A stretch of DNA of 16,183 bases. Origin: Gemmatimonadota bacterium. Lineage in GTDB: Bacteria; Gemmatimonadota; Gemmatimonadetes; Palauibacterales; Palauibacteraceae. Positions 1 through 8,455 of this stretch are shown here, piece by piece (position 1 is the stretch's first letter; each line of letters begins with the position of its first letter). A program made the position numbers and the translations under genes. The notes beneath the pieces are model-generated. The model worked only from the letters and a program-made list of their open reading frames with translations. It was not told the origin of the DNA and did no database searches. Location of the stretch: positions 1 to 16,183 of the forward strand of contig JBHIAV010000055.1 in the NCBI GenBank assembly GCA_046758745.1. The letters run 5' to 3'.

Positions 1-1
1 T

Positions 2-3000
2 GCACCCCGTCCCCAGACCGGCGAAGTCCTCGTCCGTGAGGCCGTCGCAGTCGTTGTCCAGACCGTCACACAACTCCGGCGCTGGGCTGCCCGCTGTAGC
101 TCGACACTCTGTCCCTAGTCCATCCGCCGTGCACCCCATCACCCCGACCGCCGTGCACTCCCCCACGCCCACGGTGCAGTTGCTCTCCAGCACCGCGAAG
201 TCCTCGTCCGTGAGGCCGTCGCAGTCATTGTCCAGACCATCACACAGCTCTGGTGCTCCCGGGTGGCTAGTAGCACTCAGGTCGTCGCAGTCGGGCGGAG
301 ATGCCTGGGCCCTGACGAGCATCCGGTCGAGATAGAGCGAATCGAGGCTCGTGTTTCCTGGCGTTTGGTCGTCATCGACTGCGCGAAGGATCAGTGTCCC
401 TTGGATGAAGGGCGGCAGGACGAACGAGTCCAGCGCATCGTCGTCTGATGTCTTGGTCAGGAGGAGCATGTCGACGAAGTTGGTGCCGTCGGTAGAGTAG
501 GAGAATCGGATGTCATCCCCTTCGACGTTGGCAGCGTGGTAGGCCTCTAGCAGGAAGGTCTGCGAGATCTCGCCTCCGAGCTCGAACGTCCATCGGTGTT
601 CGAGGAAGCTGAAGCGATCCGCCGGATTGCCGCTGCTTGACGTTTCCTCGACGACCTCGTAGATGTTGTCGCTGGCATGGGCGAACACATGGGTGCCGGT
701 GATCGTTCCTGAGACCGGAAGATCGCCCGAGCACAGGACCTCCGAGACCGGACCACCAGCTTCCTCGAAGCCGTCGCCGTCCGCGTCGCTGTCGCATTCA
801 TCCCCGAGGCCGTCGCCGTCGAGGTCCGCCTGGGAGGGATTGGAGATGAGGGGACAGTTGTCTACGGCATCGGCAACCGTGTCATTGTCGTCATCCGGGT
901 CACCGGCATCGCATAGCCCGTCCCCATCGGTGTCCAGCCCGTCGTTCCCCGTGTCTGCGGTCTGGACCACTCCGCAGTCATCGCAGGTGTCACCGTCGAG
1001 GTCCCGGCACTGAGCCGGGTCCAGGGGCGCGCTGTCTTCTCCGTCCGAGACACCGTCGTTGTCATCATCCGGATCCCCAACGTCACACAGTCCGTCCCCG
1101 TCCGTGTCCAGCCCGTCATTGACCGGGTCTGGTCCCGATCCCGTCGTGCAGTCATCACAGGTGTCGAGATCAGCGTCGAGACCGCACACCGTCGGGTCCG
1201 CATCGTTCGGGTCGGCGGCACAGACGACCGTGTCGGAATCGCCATCCACTGTCGCGTCGTCGGCGAGCCCGTTACAGTTCTCATCAACCCCGTTGCAGCC
1301 GAGCTCCGCTGCCCCGGTGAAGATCAGAGGGTCTACCGGGGCACAGTCCGTCGCGTCGGGGTCGCCGTCGCCGTCATCATCCTGATCGCCGGCGTCGCAC
1401 TGACCGTCGGCGTCCGTGTCCAGCCCATCGTTGATCGGATCCGGTCCCGATCCCGCGGTGCAGTCATCACAGCTGTCGAGATCGGCATCGAGACCGCATA
1501 CCGTCGAATCCAGAGGAGCCGGATCGCTCGCGTCAGGCACCGTGTCGCCGTCATCATCCGAATCGCAGACATCCCCGAGACCGTCGCCGTCGGTATCAGT
1601 CTGACCGGGATTGTAGTCAGTCGGACAGTTGTCGATCTGGCAAGTGTTCTCGGGGAACCCTGGATCACCATAACCGTCTGCATCGCTGTCGGTGCACGTA
1701 TCGGAACAGTCGGCGACCCCGTCCCCGTCCTGATCCACGAAACCCTCCGTCGGTGCTCCACAGGTGATCGTTCCCTCGAAGAGACCGCTTCCTCGCGTCC
1801 CAGCGAATAACGTCAGCGGGTCGTTGGCAGAGAAATACAGGCGGGTGTCGCTCAGATTCATCAGGCCGCCGCTCGGAAGCAGTGTCCAGGTTGCCCCCCC
1901 GTCCACGCTCTTGTGGATTCCCGCGCGCTGTCCGGTGAACGTGGTCGTCCCCGTCACCTGTCCGACCGCCGCGTAGAGGATCGAATCGTCCAGCGGGCTG
2001 ACCGCAACCCAGTTCACCTCGGGCTGGCAGAGGACCTTGGTCCACGCCCAGACGCCGTCGCTGCCCCGGGTACCCTTGTAAAGACCTCCCGCTCCGTCGT
2101 AATCCGGCGGACAACTCAAGCTGGTGCTCGTCTTGCGGGCGTACCAGGTTCCTACGAAAAGCGTATCCGGACCGATCGGCAGAATCGTCATGGGCGGTTC
2201 CCGATCCATCTCGGCGCTGGTGTCGGTGATCTTGCGCCACGTCGCCCCGTTGTCCGACGACTCCCAGACGCCGGTAGATCTGGGATCGGGCGGACCGGTG
2301 GTGTCGGGATCGCCCGCGCTGACGTAGAGCCGGCCCGATGTCGGCTCACGAGCTAGAAGGTACGTCTGCCAGTTCAGGGGGGGTTCCGGCGTCCAGTTCG
2401 GATTGGTCGGATCACCGTTGTACGTATCAACCCAGGGTCCCGATCCAGCCACCAGCTTGAAGACGCCCTTGGCGAACACGGCGGCATAGAAGTTCCCGTC
2501 GCCGTCACGTATGAGGTCTACACCGCCGCCTTTGGGAAGGGTCGATGGATCCCCGAGGTGGGTCCATGTCCAGTAGCGGCCGTCGGGCGGGTTGGGGTCG
2601 AAGGTTCCCTGGACGACACCACCCTTCCCCTGCGTCGATCCGATACTCGCCTTGCCGGCCGCCACGCCGACGTACAGGCGATCCGGGTCGCCGGGATCGA
2701 GAACGATGGAGGTCGCCGAACCGCCAAGAACCGGCGGGTTGAGGGTATCCCACTGCCACCCCTCCAGCGCGAAGCTCAGACCCCCGTTGTAACTGACCTG
2801 CAGATAGTTGTCTTCATCCCCGTAGTAGATCCTCTCGGGGACGCGCGAGTCCGTGACCACCGGATAGACGTAGACGTCCGTCGACTCGCCTCGGGCGCTC
2901 CACGTTCCCGGCGGCTCACCGGGCGCCGGGGTGTACGGGTCCGAACTCACCTCGATCCACGTCTCCCCGCCGTCCGTCGTCCTGTAGCGCCACGAGCCGA

Positions 3001-5062
3001 AATACAGGATCTGGTGCCCCGCGACACCGCTCCCGATCCCGATGGCCCAGGCGCCATAGCCGCCACCTCGTCCCGTTCCGCCGTAGTAGATGACCCGCGT
3101 GATCGGGTCGCGATGTCGCCTGACCTCGTAGTAGGGCCTGGGGTTCGGGTCGGGATCCGTCGGACAGTCCACGAGACAGTTGTCCGTGTCCTCCCCACTG
3201 GCGGTGTCGCAGACGTTGTCCCCGCAGCACGCCGGTGGCGAGGCAGGCCAGTACGAGTGCGTGCAGTCATAGGGGCAGGTGTTGCAGTCCTCCCATCGTC
3301 CGCCGCAAACGTTGTCACCGCAGATGGGCGTCGAGCCGATGTTGTCCTGGACGTTGTCCTGGAACTGTTTGCGCGTCACGTGCACCCACGTCATGCCCCC
3401 GTCGGTCGTCCTCCAGATGCCGCCCACATCGGCCTGGTCCAGGATATCCAGGTAGGATCCGCGCTCCGTTCCAACGTACAAGACGTTGGGGTCGAGCGGA
3501 TCGACGACGAGGGGCGAATAGCTCACGAAGTAGGGAGTCTGGCCTTTGCCCGAAATGGCGGGGAGGGTGCCAGCCGGCTCGAGCGCGGCATCGTCGATCC
3601 AGATGGTGCCTGCGCCGTACGAGGGGCGGAGCTCGACTCTCATGAAACGAGCCGCGCCCTGTGGCCGGATCAACACTTCGAATCTCCGCCAGTCGAAGCT
3701 GGCGGGGACATCCGCGGATTTGATGCGGAAGGCCCATGGCTCGATCGACGACCACGTCACCCCCGGGAACGGGAGAGGGATCCCTGCCGCATCGTAATAG
3801 AACACCTTCGCGTAGGCGGGGTAACCGGACGCGTTGCTGACCTTGAACCAGGCCGAGAACTTGTAGAGTGTGCCGCCCTCTATCGGGACAAGCGGATCGG
3901 TCTGGACGCCGTGGACCCCGCTGGGGTCCACGTAATCAACTTTGATGGAGCAGGAGCCGGAAGGGTCATGACTCACGGTGCAATCGAGGGCCACGACTGC
4001 TGGGTCTCCGAGAACCTTCCAGCTGGCTGCCGGGTGTTCGGCGTCGCCGCCCGCGATCTCGAAGTCCGCGTTCGGGAGGATGTTCGGATCGTCCACGCCA
4101 CTGATGCTCGTCCAGTTCCTTCCCCAGTCGTTGCTCTTGTAGACGCCCCCCTGCCACGAATCGACATCCACCCAAGTCGAGGACTTCCCCTTATGCGGCA
4201 GCGTATCCAGACTCAGGAAAAGCGTTCCCGTCCCGGAATACAGCGCCAGATCATTGCAGTTCTGAGCCGGGATACCGGACGCGCTGATCTGAGTCCAGGT
4301 GGTCGCGCCGTCTTGGCTCTCGTAGAGGCCCGAATCGGCGCAGGCGAGCAGGCGCGTGCGGTCGGCCGGATCGAGCACAAGCGCATTGATCCGATCGTCG
4401 TACTGAAGACAACCCGGTGATGAGGTCAGCCCCGAACCCGCCGCCGGAAGGCACGACTTCGTGTACAGCGGCTCGCCTTGGGGACAGGGGTTCTCCCATC
4501 CACAGGTGCTCTTGTAGACGTTGGCGTAACCGGCCACATAGACGATTTCCGGATCGACCGGGTCGATGACCGTGATCGTGCCGGTGATCTGATTGTCGAT
4601 GACGTTGAGCGTCCAGTGCTGGCCGGTATCCGTACTCTTGAACGGCCCGAGATACACGATGTTCGGGTCGAACGGATGGAAGGCGAAGTTGCCGTCGATG
4701 CCGTATCGCGACCCAAGCGACGGCTGTGCGATTCCGCTGTTGGCCAGGCGCCAGGTCTGCCCCCCGTCACCGGACCAGAAAATCCCCCCGACGTCCGACC
4801 CGGCAAGGACGATGTTCGGATCCGCGGGGCTGATGTCGAAGGCCATGATATTCCCGCCGCCACCGGGACCGAGACTCCGCCACTGTATCTCGTCGGCCGC
4901 ACTGACTGGGCCGCCCTCGGAAGTCGCCACCGCCAGCAGGAGGAACGCGGCTCGAGCGCGCCGTAGGTCGCGCCTGCTGCTGGAAGCTGTGCGAGGATGC
5001 GCGGCTTCGGGGTGGGGAGATCGGCTGCTCACTGGCGGCTTCGACCGGTGTCGCAGCCGCAT
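2..5062 (-). CDS. Giant secreted multidomain protein, 3'-partial (>1687 aa): BNR/Asp-box beta-propellers (GH74/Vps10-like), inserted CBM4/9-like domain, Cys-rich insert, TSP type-3-like Ca-binding repeats, MopE-like repeats
   Basis: Manual translation gives one stop-free minus frame from 5161 to the window edge; it is absent from the ORF track, probably because no stop lies inside the window. ATG at 5062 (alternative GTG 5032) is followed by RRARAAFLLLAVATSEGGPVSA (signal-like), then WRSLGPGGGG..LAGSDVGGIFWSGDGGQTW. Many Asp-boxes (KSTDTGQHW, ESQDGATTW, RTTDGGMTW, ESSDNGATW, KSVDGGATW), DNCP..DxDGDGLGDxCD repeats and ELCDGLDNDCDG repeats. Start codon uncertain. Confidence 0.92.
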   Translation of the reverse strand, partial: MRLRHRSKPPVSSRSPHPEAAHPRTASSSRRDLRRARAAFLLLAVATSEGGPVSAADEIQWRSLGPGGGGNIMAFDISPADPNIVLAGSDVGGIFWSGDGGQTWRLANSGIAQPSLGSRYGIDGNFAFHPFDPNIVYLGPFKSTDTGQHWTLNVIDNQITGTITVIDPVDPEIVYVAGYANVYKSTCGWENPCPQGEPLYTKSCLPAAGSGLTSSPGCLQYDDRINALVLDPADRTRLLACADSGLYESQDGATTWTQISASGIPAQNCNDLALYSGTGTLFLSLDTLPHKGKSSTWVDVDSWQGGVYKSNDWGRNWTSISGVDDPNILPNADFEIAGGDAEHPAASWKVLGDPAVVALDCTVSHDPSGSCSIKVDYVDPSGVHGVQTDPLVPIEGGTLYKFSAWFKVSNASGYPAYAKVFYYDAAGIPLPFPGVTWSSIEPWAFRIKSADVPASFDWRRFEVLIRPQGAARFMRVELRPSYGAGTIWIDDAALEPAGTLPAISGKGQTPYFVSYSPLVVDPLDPNVLYVGTERGSYLDILDQADVGGIWRTTDGGMTWVHVTRKQFQDNVQDNIGSTPICGDNVCGGRWEDCNTCPYDCTHSYWPASPPACCGDNVCDTASGEDTDNCLVDCPTDPDPNPRPYYEVRRHRDPITRVIYYGGTGRGGGYGAWAIGIGSGVAGHQILYFGSWRYRTTDGGETWIEVSSDPYTPAPGEPPGTWSARGESTDVYVYPVVTDSRVPERIYYGDEDNYLQVSYNGGLSFALEGWQWDTLNPPVLGGSATSIVLDPGDPDRLYVGVAAGKASIGSTQGKGGVVQGTFDPNPPDGRYWTWTHLGDPSTLPKGGGVDLIRDGDGNFYAAVFAKGVFKLVAGSGPWVDTYNGDPTNPNWTPEPPLNWQTYLLAREPTSGRLYVSAGDPDTTGPPDPRSTGVWESSDNGATWRKITDTSAEMDREPPMTILPIGPDTLFVGTWYARKTSTSLSCPPDYDGAGGLYKGTRGSDGVWAWTKVLCQPEVNWVAVSPLDDSILYAAVGQVTGTTTFTGQRAGIHKSVDGGATWTLLPSGGLMNLSDTRLYFSANDPLTLFAGTRGSGLFEGTITCGAPTEGFVDQDGDGVADCSDTCTDSDADGYGDPGFPENTCQIDNCPTDYNPGQTDTDGDGLGDVCDSDDDGDTVPDASDPAPLDSTVCGLDADLDSCDDCTAGSGPDPINDGLDTDADGQCDAGDQDDDGDGDPDATDCAPVDPLIFTGAAELGCNGVDENCNGLADDATVDGDSDTVVCAADPNDADPTVCGLDADLDTCDDCTTGSGPDPVNDGLDTDGDGLCDVGDPDDDNDGVSDGEDSAPLDPAQCRDLDGDTCDDCGVVQTADTGNDGLDTDGDGLCDAGDPDDDNDTVADAVDNCPLISNPSQADLDGDGLGDECDSDADGDGFEEAGGPVSEVLCSGDLPVSGTITGTHVFAHASDNIYEVVEETSSSGNPADRFSFLEHRWTFELGGEISQTFLLEAYHAANVEGDDIRFSYSTDGTNFVDMLLLTKTSDDDALDSFVLPPFIQGTLILRAVDDDQTPGNTSLDSLYLDRMLVRAQASPPDCDDLSATSHPGAPELCDGLDNDCDGLTDEDFAVLESNCTVGVGECTAVGVMGCTADGLGTECRATAGSPAPELCDGLDNDCDGLTDEDFAGLGTGC
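21..254 (-). repeat. Two near-identical ~60-nt coding repeats 174 nt apart (PELCDGLDNDCDGLTDEDFA, MopE-related putative metal-binding motif)
   Basis: gcgaagtcctcgtccgtgaggccgtcgcagtcRttgtccagaccRtcacacaRctc begins at 21 and at 195. Confidence 0.85.
770..1745 (-). repeat. Thrombospondin type-3-like Asp/Cys repeat region, including a ~100-nt duplicated unit (312 nt offset)
   Basis: CGLDADLD(S/T)CDDCTxGSGPDPxNDGLDTDxDGxCDxGD at about 1400-1500 and 1090-1190, a third diverged copy near 900-1010, and two DNCP..NPxQxDxDGDGLGDxCD units. Confidence 0.85.
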
Positions 5063-5387
5063 CCTGCGGCGGCACGGGAGGGGCCCGTCGACGGCCGATC
5101 CCAGTCGGGGCACCGGCTGCGCACCCCACCCAGTGCCGATGCCTGTCTCGAGAACGGGGGGTCAGAAGGCCCGAGGGCTCGAGGGCCAGGGGCGACAGAA
5201 CCAGAGGTGTGTCGGCGGGCGCCGCCCGGAGGGCTCCCCGGGTTCCGAAGGCCAGTCCGGCCATCGGTTAGTCCGAGTTGGCCAGGGAGCGGGGCAGGGG
5301 CGGAACCGGCGCGCCACGCAACGCGCCATACATAGCGTTTCACGATCCGGACCGGCGACCCTCGCATCCGGCTCCCTTTTCGGCTCG

Positions 5388-5429
5388 AAAGAGAAAAACG
5401 GCCCCTGTCGTCGGCGGAGACGAGGGTCC
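5388..5429 (-). terminator. Putative intrinsic terminator/attenuator upstream of the giant gene
   Basis: Minus strand GGACCCTCGTC-TCCGCC-GACGACAGGGGCC (bulged stem) followed by GTTTTTCTCTTT. Confidence 0.4.
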
Positions 5430-5798
5430 TGAAGACTCACGACCTCAGCAGTTGCACGATGCTCGCTAGTCTTCCGGGCCCCCGGGCCACCGACGATCCG
5501 GGAGGTTTGCGCAATTAGGTACTGTGATTTTCCAATACGTCAATCAATAATGCTAATGGTTTAACGATGCGGGTGACATCCCCGTCCGCACCCGGGCCGC
5601 TCGCTCCTGTGGCAGGAAATGCCATCCCGCTCGTCGAGCTCGATCCCGTCCGTGCTGGAGGAGCGGGTCCGAGAGACGCGGGACGGCCCCCCCCCCGCCC
5701 TTCCTACCTGCAGTCGCGGTCCGCCGGCCGGGCGGCCCACCCCAGCGCCCAGCCCCCTCCACGGCCACGTCCGTGCACCTCAAAAGACGTCTGACCTC

Positions 5799-5827
5799 TC
5801 GACTTCCTGGACAACGATCGGTATCCT
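5799..5827 (+). promoter_or_regulatory. Putative sigma70 promoter of the nptA-phoU operon
   Basis: TCGACT-17 nt-TATCCT, about 70 nt upstream of TTG 5897. Confidence 0.4.
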
Positions 5828-5896
5828 CCCCCTGCGTTATCGGAGGCCGAGTCAGTCACCGGATCGAGGGACCCACGGCAGCGAGGACCCGCCCCC

Positions 5897-7030
5897 TTGA
5901 AACCCTCTCCACCAGCCTCGGCCGACCTCCGCCGCAGACGTCGTTTCCCCCGCGTGAGGGCCCCGAGATGGGTGTCGCTCGTCGTCTCTCTGTACGCCTT
6001 CCTCGTGAGCATCGGCATGCTGAGCAAGGCGTTCAAGCTGTTCGGGGGAGGACTCGTCGACGACATCCTGCGGAGCGCCTCCAACCCGGTGGTTGGGCTG
6101 TTCGTCGGGATCCTCGCGACCACCCTGGTTCAATCCTCGTCCACGACCACCTCCCTGGTGGTCGCGATGGTCGGCGGCGGGACCATGCCGGTCTCCACCG
6201 CCATCCCCGTCATCATGGGGGCCAACATCGGGACGTCTGTCACCAACACCCTGGTGAGCCTGGGTCATCTGCGGCGCGGCCGCGAGTTCTACCGGGCTTT
6301 CTCGGCCTCCACGGTCCACGACTTCTTCAACATGCTCTCGGTCGCATTACTCTTCCCCCTGCAGATGGCGACGAACTTCCTCGGGAGGCTGTCGATGTTC
6401 GCGGCCGAGCTCCTCGACGAGGTCGGGGGGCTGACCTTCACCAGCCCGCTCAAGGCCGTAACGGCGCCGGTGGTCCACGCGGCCGTGGCGCTGCTCGGCA
6501 GCAACCCGCTTTTGCTGCTGCTGATCTCCTTGGCCATCCTCTTCACCTCGCTGCACCGTCTCGTGGTCACGCTCAAGGCGCTGGTCGTGACGAGAGTCGA
6601 ATCGTTCTTCGATCAGGTGGTCTTCAGGAACACCGCGCGGGCGATGATCTTCGGCATGGGGCTGACGGTTCTGGTCCAGTCGAGCAGCATCACCACGTCG
6701 CTGGTGGTCCCTCTGGCCGGGGCCGGGATCCTGACGCTGCGCCAGATCTTTCCCTACACCCTAGGGGCCAACGTCGGGACGACGATCACCGCCATACTGG
6801 CCTCGCTGGCGGTCGGGGAGGTGAGCGCGGTCACCGTGGCCTTGGCTCATCTGCTGTTCAACGTCTCCGGGATCGCGCTAATCTGGCCCCTACCGTCGAT
6901 CCGCAAGATCCCGATGAACCTGGCCCGCCGGCTGGCGCATATCTCCAGTCGAACCCGCTGGGTTCCGCTGCTTTATCTATTCGTGTTCTTCTACTTGGTC
7001 CCGTTTCTGGTTATCATGATCCTGAGGTGA
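5897..7030 (+). CDS. nptA: Na+/Pi cotransporter, NptA/SLC34 (NaPi-II) family
   Basis: Two QSSS repeats (LVQSSSTTTS, LVQSSSITTS), GANIGTSVT / GANVGTTIT, TVHDFFN, AHLLFNVSG; highly hydrophobic. TTG start with GAGGA 9 nt upstream; start uncertain. Confidence 0.95.
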   Translation: MKPSPPASADLRRRRRFPRVRAPRWVSLVVSLYAFLVSIGMLSKAFKLFGGGLVDDILRSASNPVVGLFVGILATTLVQSSSTTTSLVVAMVGGGTMPVSTAIPVIMGANIGTSVTNTLVSLGHLRRGREFYRAFSASTVHDFFNMLSVALLFPLQMATNFLGRLSMFAAELLDEVGGLTFTSPLKAVTAPVVHAAVALLGSNPLLLLLISLAILFTSLHRLVVTLKALVVTRVESFFDQVVFRNTARAMIFGMGLTVLVQSSSITTSLVVPLAGAGILTLRQIFPYTLGANVGTTITAILASLAVGEVSAVTVALAHLLFNVSGIALIWPLPSIRKIPMNLARRLAHISSRTRWVPLLYLFVFFYLVPFLVIMILR

Positions 7031-7034
7031 GACG

Positions 7035-7712
7035 ATGTTCAAAGAGTTCTTCGACATCTTTCGCAAGGGGGACCAGCTCCAGCAGGCCTTCGACCGCTCG
7101 CACGAGATGCTCCGGGAGGACAGGGAGATGTTCGAGTCCGCCATGCGCTCTCTCAGGGAACAGGAGGATGCTCGGCTGGACCTGGACATCTACGCCAAGG
7201 ACCAGTTGATCAACGCCTACCAGCGGGAGGTGCGGCGAAAAGTGTTCACGCACCTGACCATCGCCAGCGGACGCGACCTGCATGCCGGGCTGGCGCTGGT
7301 CAGCGTGGTCGTCGACATCGAGAGGATCGGTGACTATACCAAGAACATCGTCGAGCTGGCCCTGAACCATCCCGCGCGGCTGAAGTGCGGCCGCTTTGAG
7401 GACACCATCAGGCGGATCGAGACGACCGTGAAGACGATGTTCGGGCTTCTCCTCGAGGCCCTCCCGGAGAACGACGAGGCCAAGGCCCGCGAGGTCATGT
7501 CGGAGCACTGGTGGATCGCCCGGAGGAGCGACGAGATCGTCGACGCGCTGATCCAGAAGGACGAGCCGGAGCTGCCGGGACGGGAGGCGGTCACCACCGC
7601 CCTGTACGTTCGCTACCTCAAGCGTGTCTCGGCCCATCTCATGGACATCGCCTCAAGCGTGGCCAATCCGTTCGACCGCATCGGCTTCCGCGGCGAAGAT
7701 CCCAGCGCTTAG
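7035..7712 (+). CDS. phoU: PhoU-domain phosphate uptake regulator
   Basis: Two PhoU-like repeats (D..IN..QREVRR, DIERIGDYTKNI; RYLKRVSAHLMDIASS); GAGGTGA RBS overlapping the nptA stop; 4 nt gap. Confidence 0.88.
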   Translation: MFKEFFDIFRKGDQLQQAFDRSHEMLREDREMFESAMRSLREQEDARLDLDIYAKDQLINAYQREVRRKVFTHLTIASGRDLHAGLALVSVVVDIERIGDYTKNIVELALNHPARLKCGRFEDTIRRIETTVKTMFGLLLEALPENDEAKAREVMSEHWWIARRSDEIVDALIQKDEPELPGREAVTTALYVRYLKRVSAHLMDIASSVANPFDRIGFRGEDPSA

Positions 7713-7805
7713 CCCGACGCTCCCGACCCCTGACCCGCGGCGGACCCGACCCCGTCCACATCGTCTCCCGCCCTGGCCCTCGGTGCGCCCGGTCGCGCCC
7801 CCCTT

Positions 7806-8387
7806 TCACGGGTCCTCGCGAGCGGTCCCGGCCGCGCGCCCCCGCACGCCCCTGTCCCGAGTCGCCCGCCCGCGGCTGCGCTTCAGGGGGATCGCGCAGT
7901 AGATGCTGAAGATCTCGGTCCCGGGGTTGTCCTCCCCGATGCCGGCATTGGAGATATGACCGAGGGCGAAGCCGAGGCGCGAGCCCTGCTCGAGACGGCG
8001 GGCGATCTCGATTTGGGTGCGGAACTCGATGATGTGTCCCAGATCCTTGCCGTCGCCGTCCTCGTAGGCGCCGACCCCAGCGCTGCCCGTCAGCATCCAG
8101 CGCGGCCCGAGGTCGAAGTCGACCAGCACGCCGCCCACCCCATACACCGCGCCGTCCGTCGTGAGCTCAAGACCGAACCAGGGTTTGAGGATCCAGATCG
8201 CCAGACCCGATCGATACTCGACCCGCAGATCGGCCGATTCCTCATCCGCGTCGATGATGTCGTAGAAGCCGACACCGAGCGCGAGCAGGGGGGGATCGCC
8301 GCCGGCACCGGTCGAGGCTGCCGCCGACGGCACGACGGGCAGGGCTGCGGCCAGCGCCGTAAGCAGCGCTCGAGACCATCGCATCAC
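7806..8387 (-). CDS. pagL: Acyloxyacyl hydrolase / lipid A 3-O-deacylase (PagL family outer-membrane beta-barrel)
   Basis: Signal peptide, alternating beta-strands, GKDLG..IEFRTQIE and catalytic HISNAG..NPG.E motif; GGAGG RBS at 8390-8394; start GTG 8387 or ATG 8384. Confidence 0.9.
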   Translation of the reverse strand: MMRWSRALLTALAAALPVVPSAAASTGAGGDPPLLALGVGFYDIIDADEESADLRVEYRSGLAIWILKPWFGLELTTDGAVYGVGGVLVDFDLGPRWMLTGSAGVGAYEDGDGKDLGHIIEFRTQIEIARRLEQGSRLGFALGHISNAGIGEDNPGTEIFSIYCAIPLKRSRGRATRDRGVRGRAAGTAREDP

Positions 8388-8455
8388 GACCTCCAGCCGG
8401 ACGATGGTTCCCGATCATAGGCCAGGACCGACCCGCCGCGACGAACCGGTGATCG

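Noticed and set aside
21-1500. Direct repeats as a CRISPR array or DGR template/variable repeat
   Set aside because: The repeats are in-frame coding units differing mostly at synonymous sites; no spacer array, cas gene or reverse transcriptase.
2558-4420. 620-aa plus-strand ORF and the other short ORFs in 36-5432
   Set aside because: Antisense or off-frame shadows of the giant minus-strand gene; R/V/P- or S/P-rich with no motifs.
5300-5330. Sigma54 promoter for the giant gene (TGGCGCG on the minus strand, twice)
   Set aside because: The -12 GC is not at the required spacing in either copy.
5440-5520. c-di-GMP-I riboswitch (GCAAACC on the minus strand)
   Set aside because: No GNRA-capped P2 or GACGCAAAGC segment follows; only a short chance match.
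5773-7209. 478-aa plus-strand ORF
   Set aside because: Alternative-frame shadow of nptA/phoU, Arg/Gly/Pro-rich as expected at high GC.
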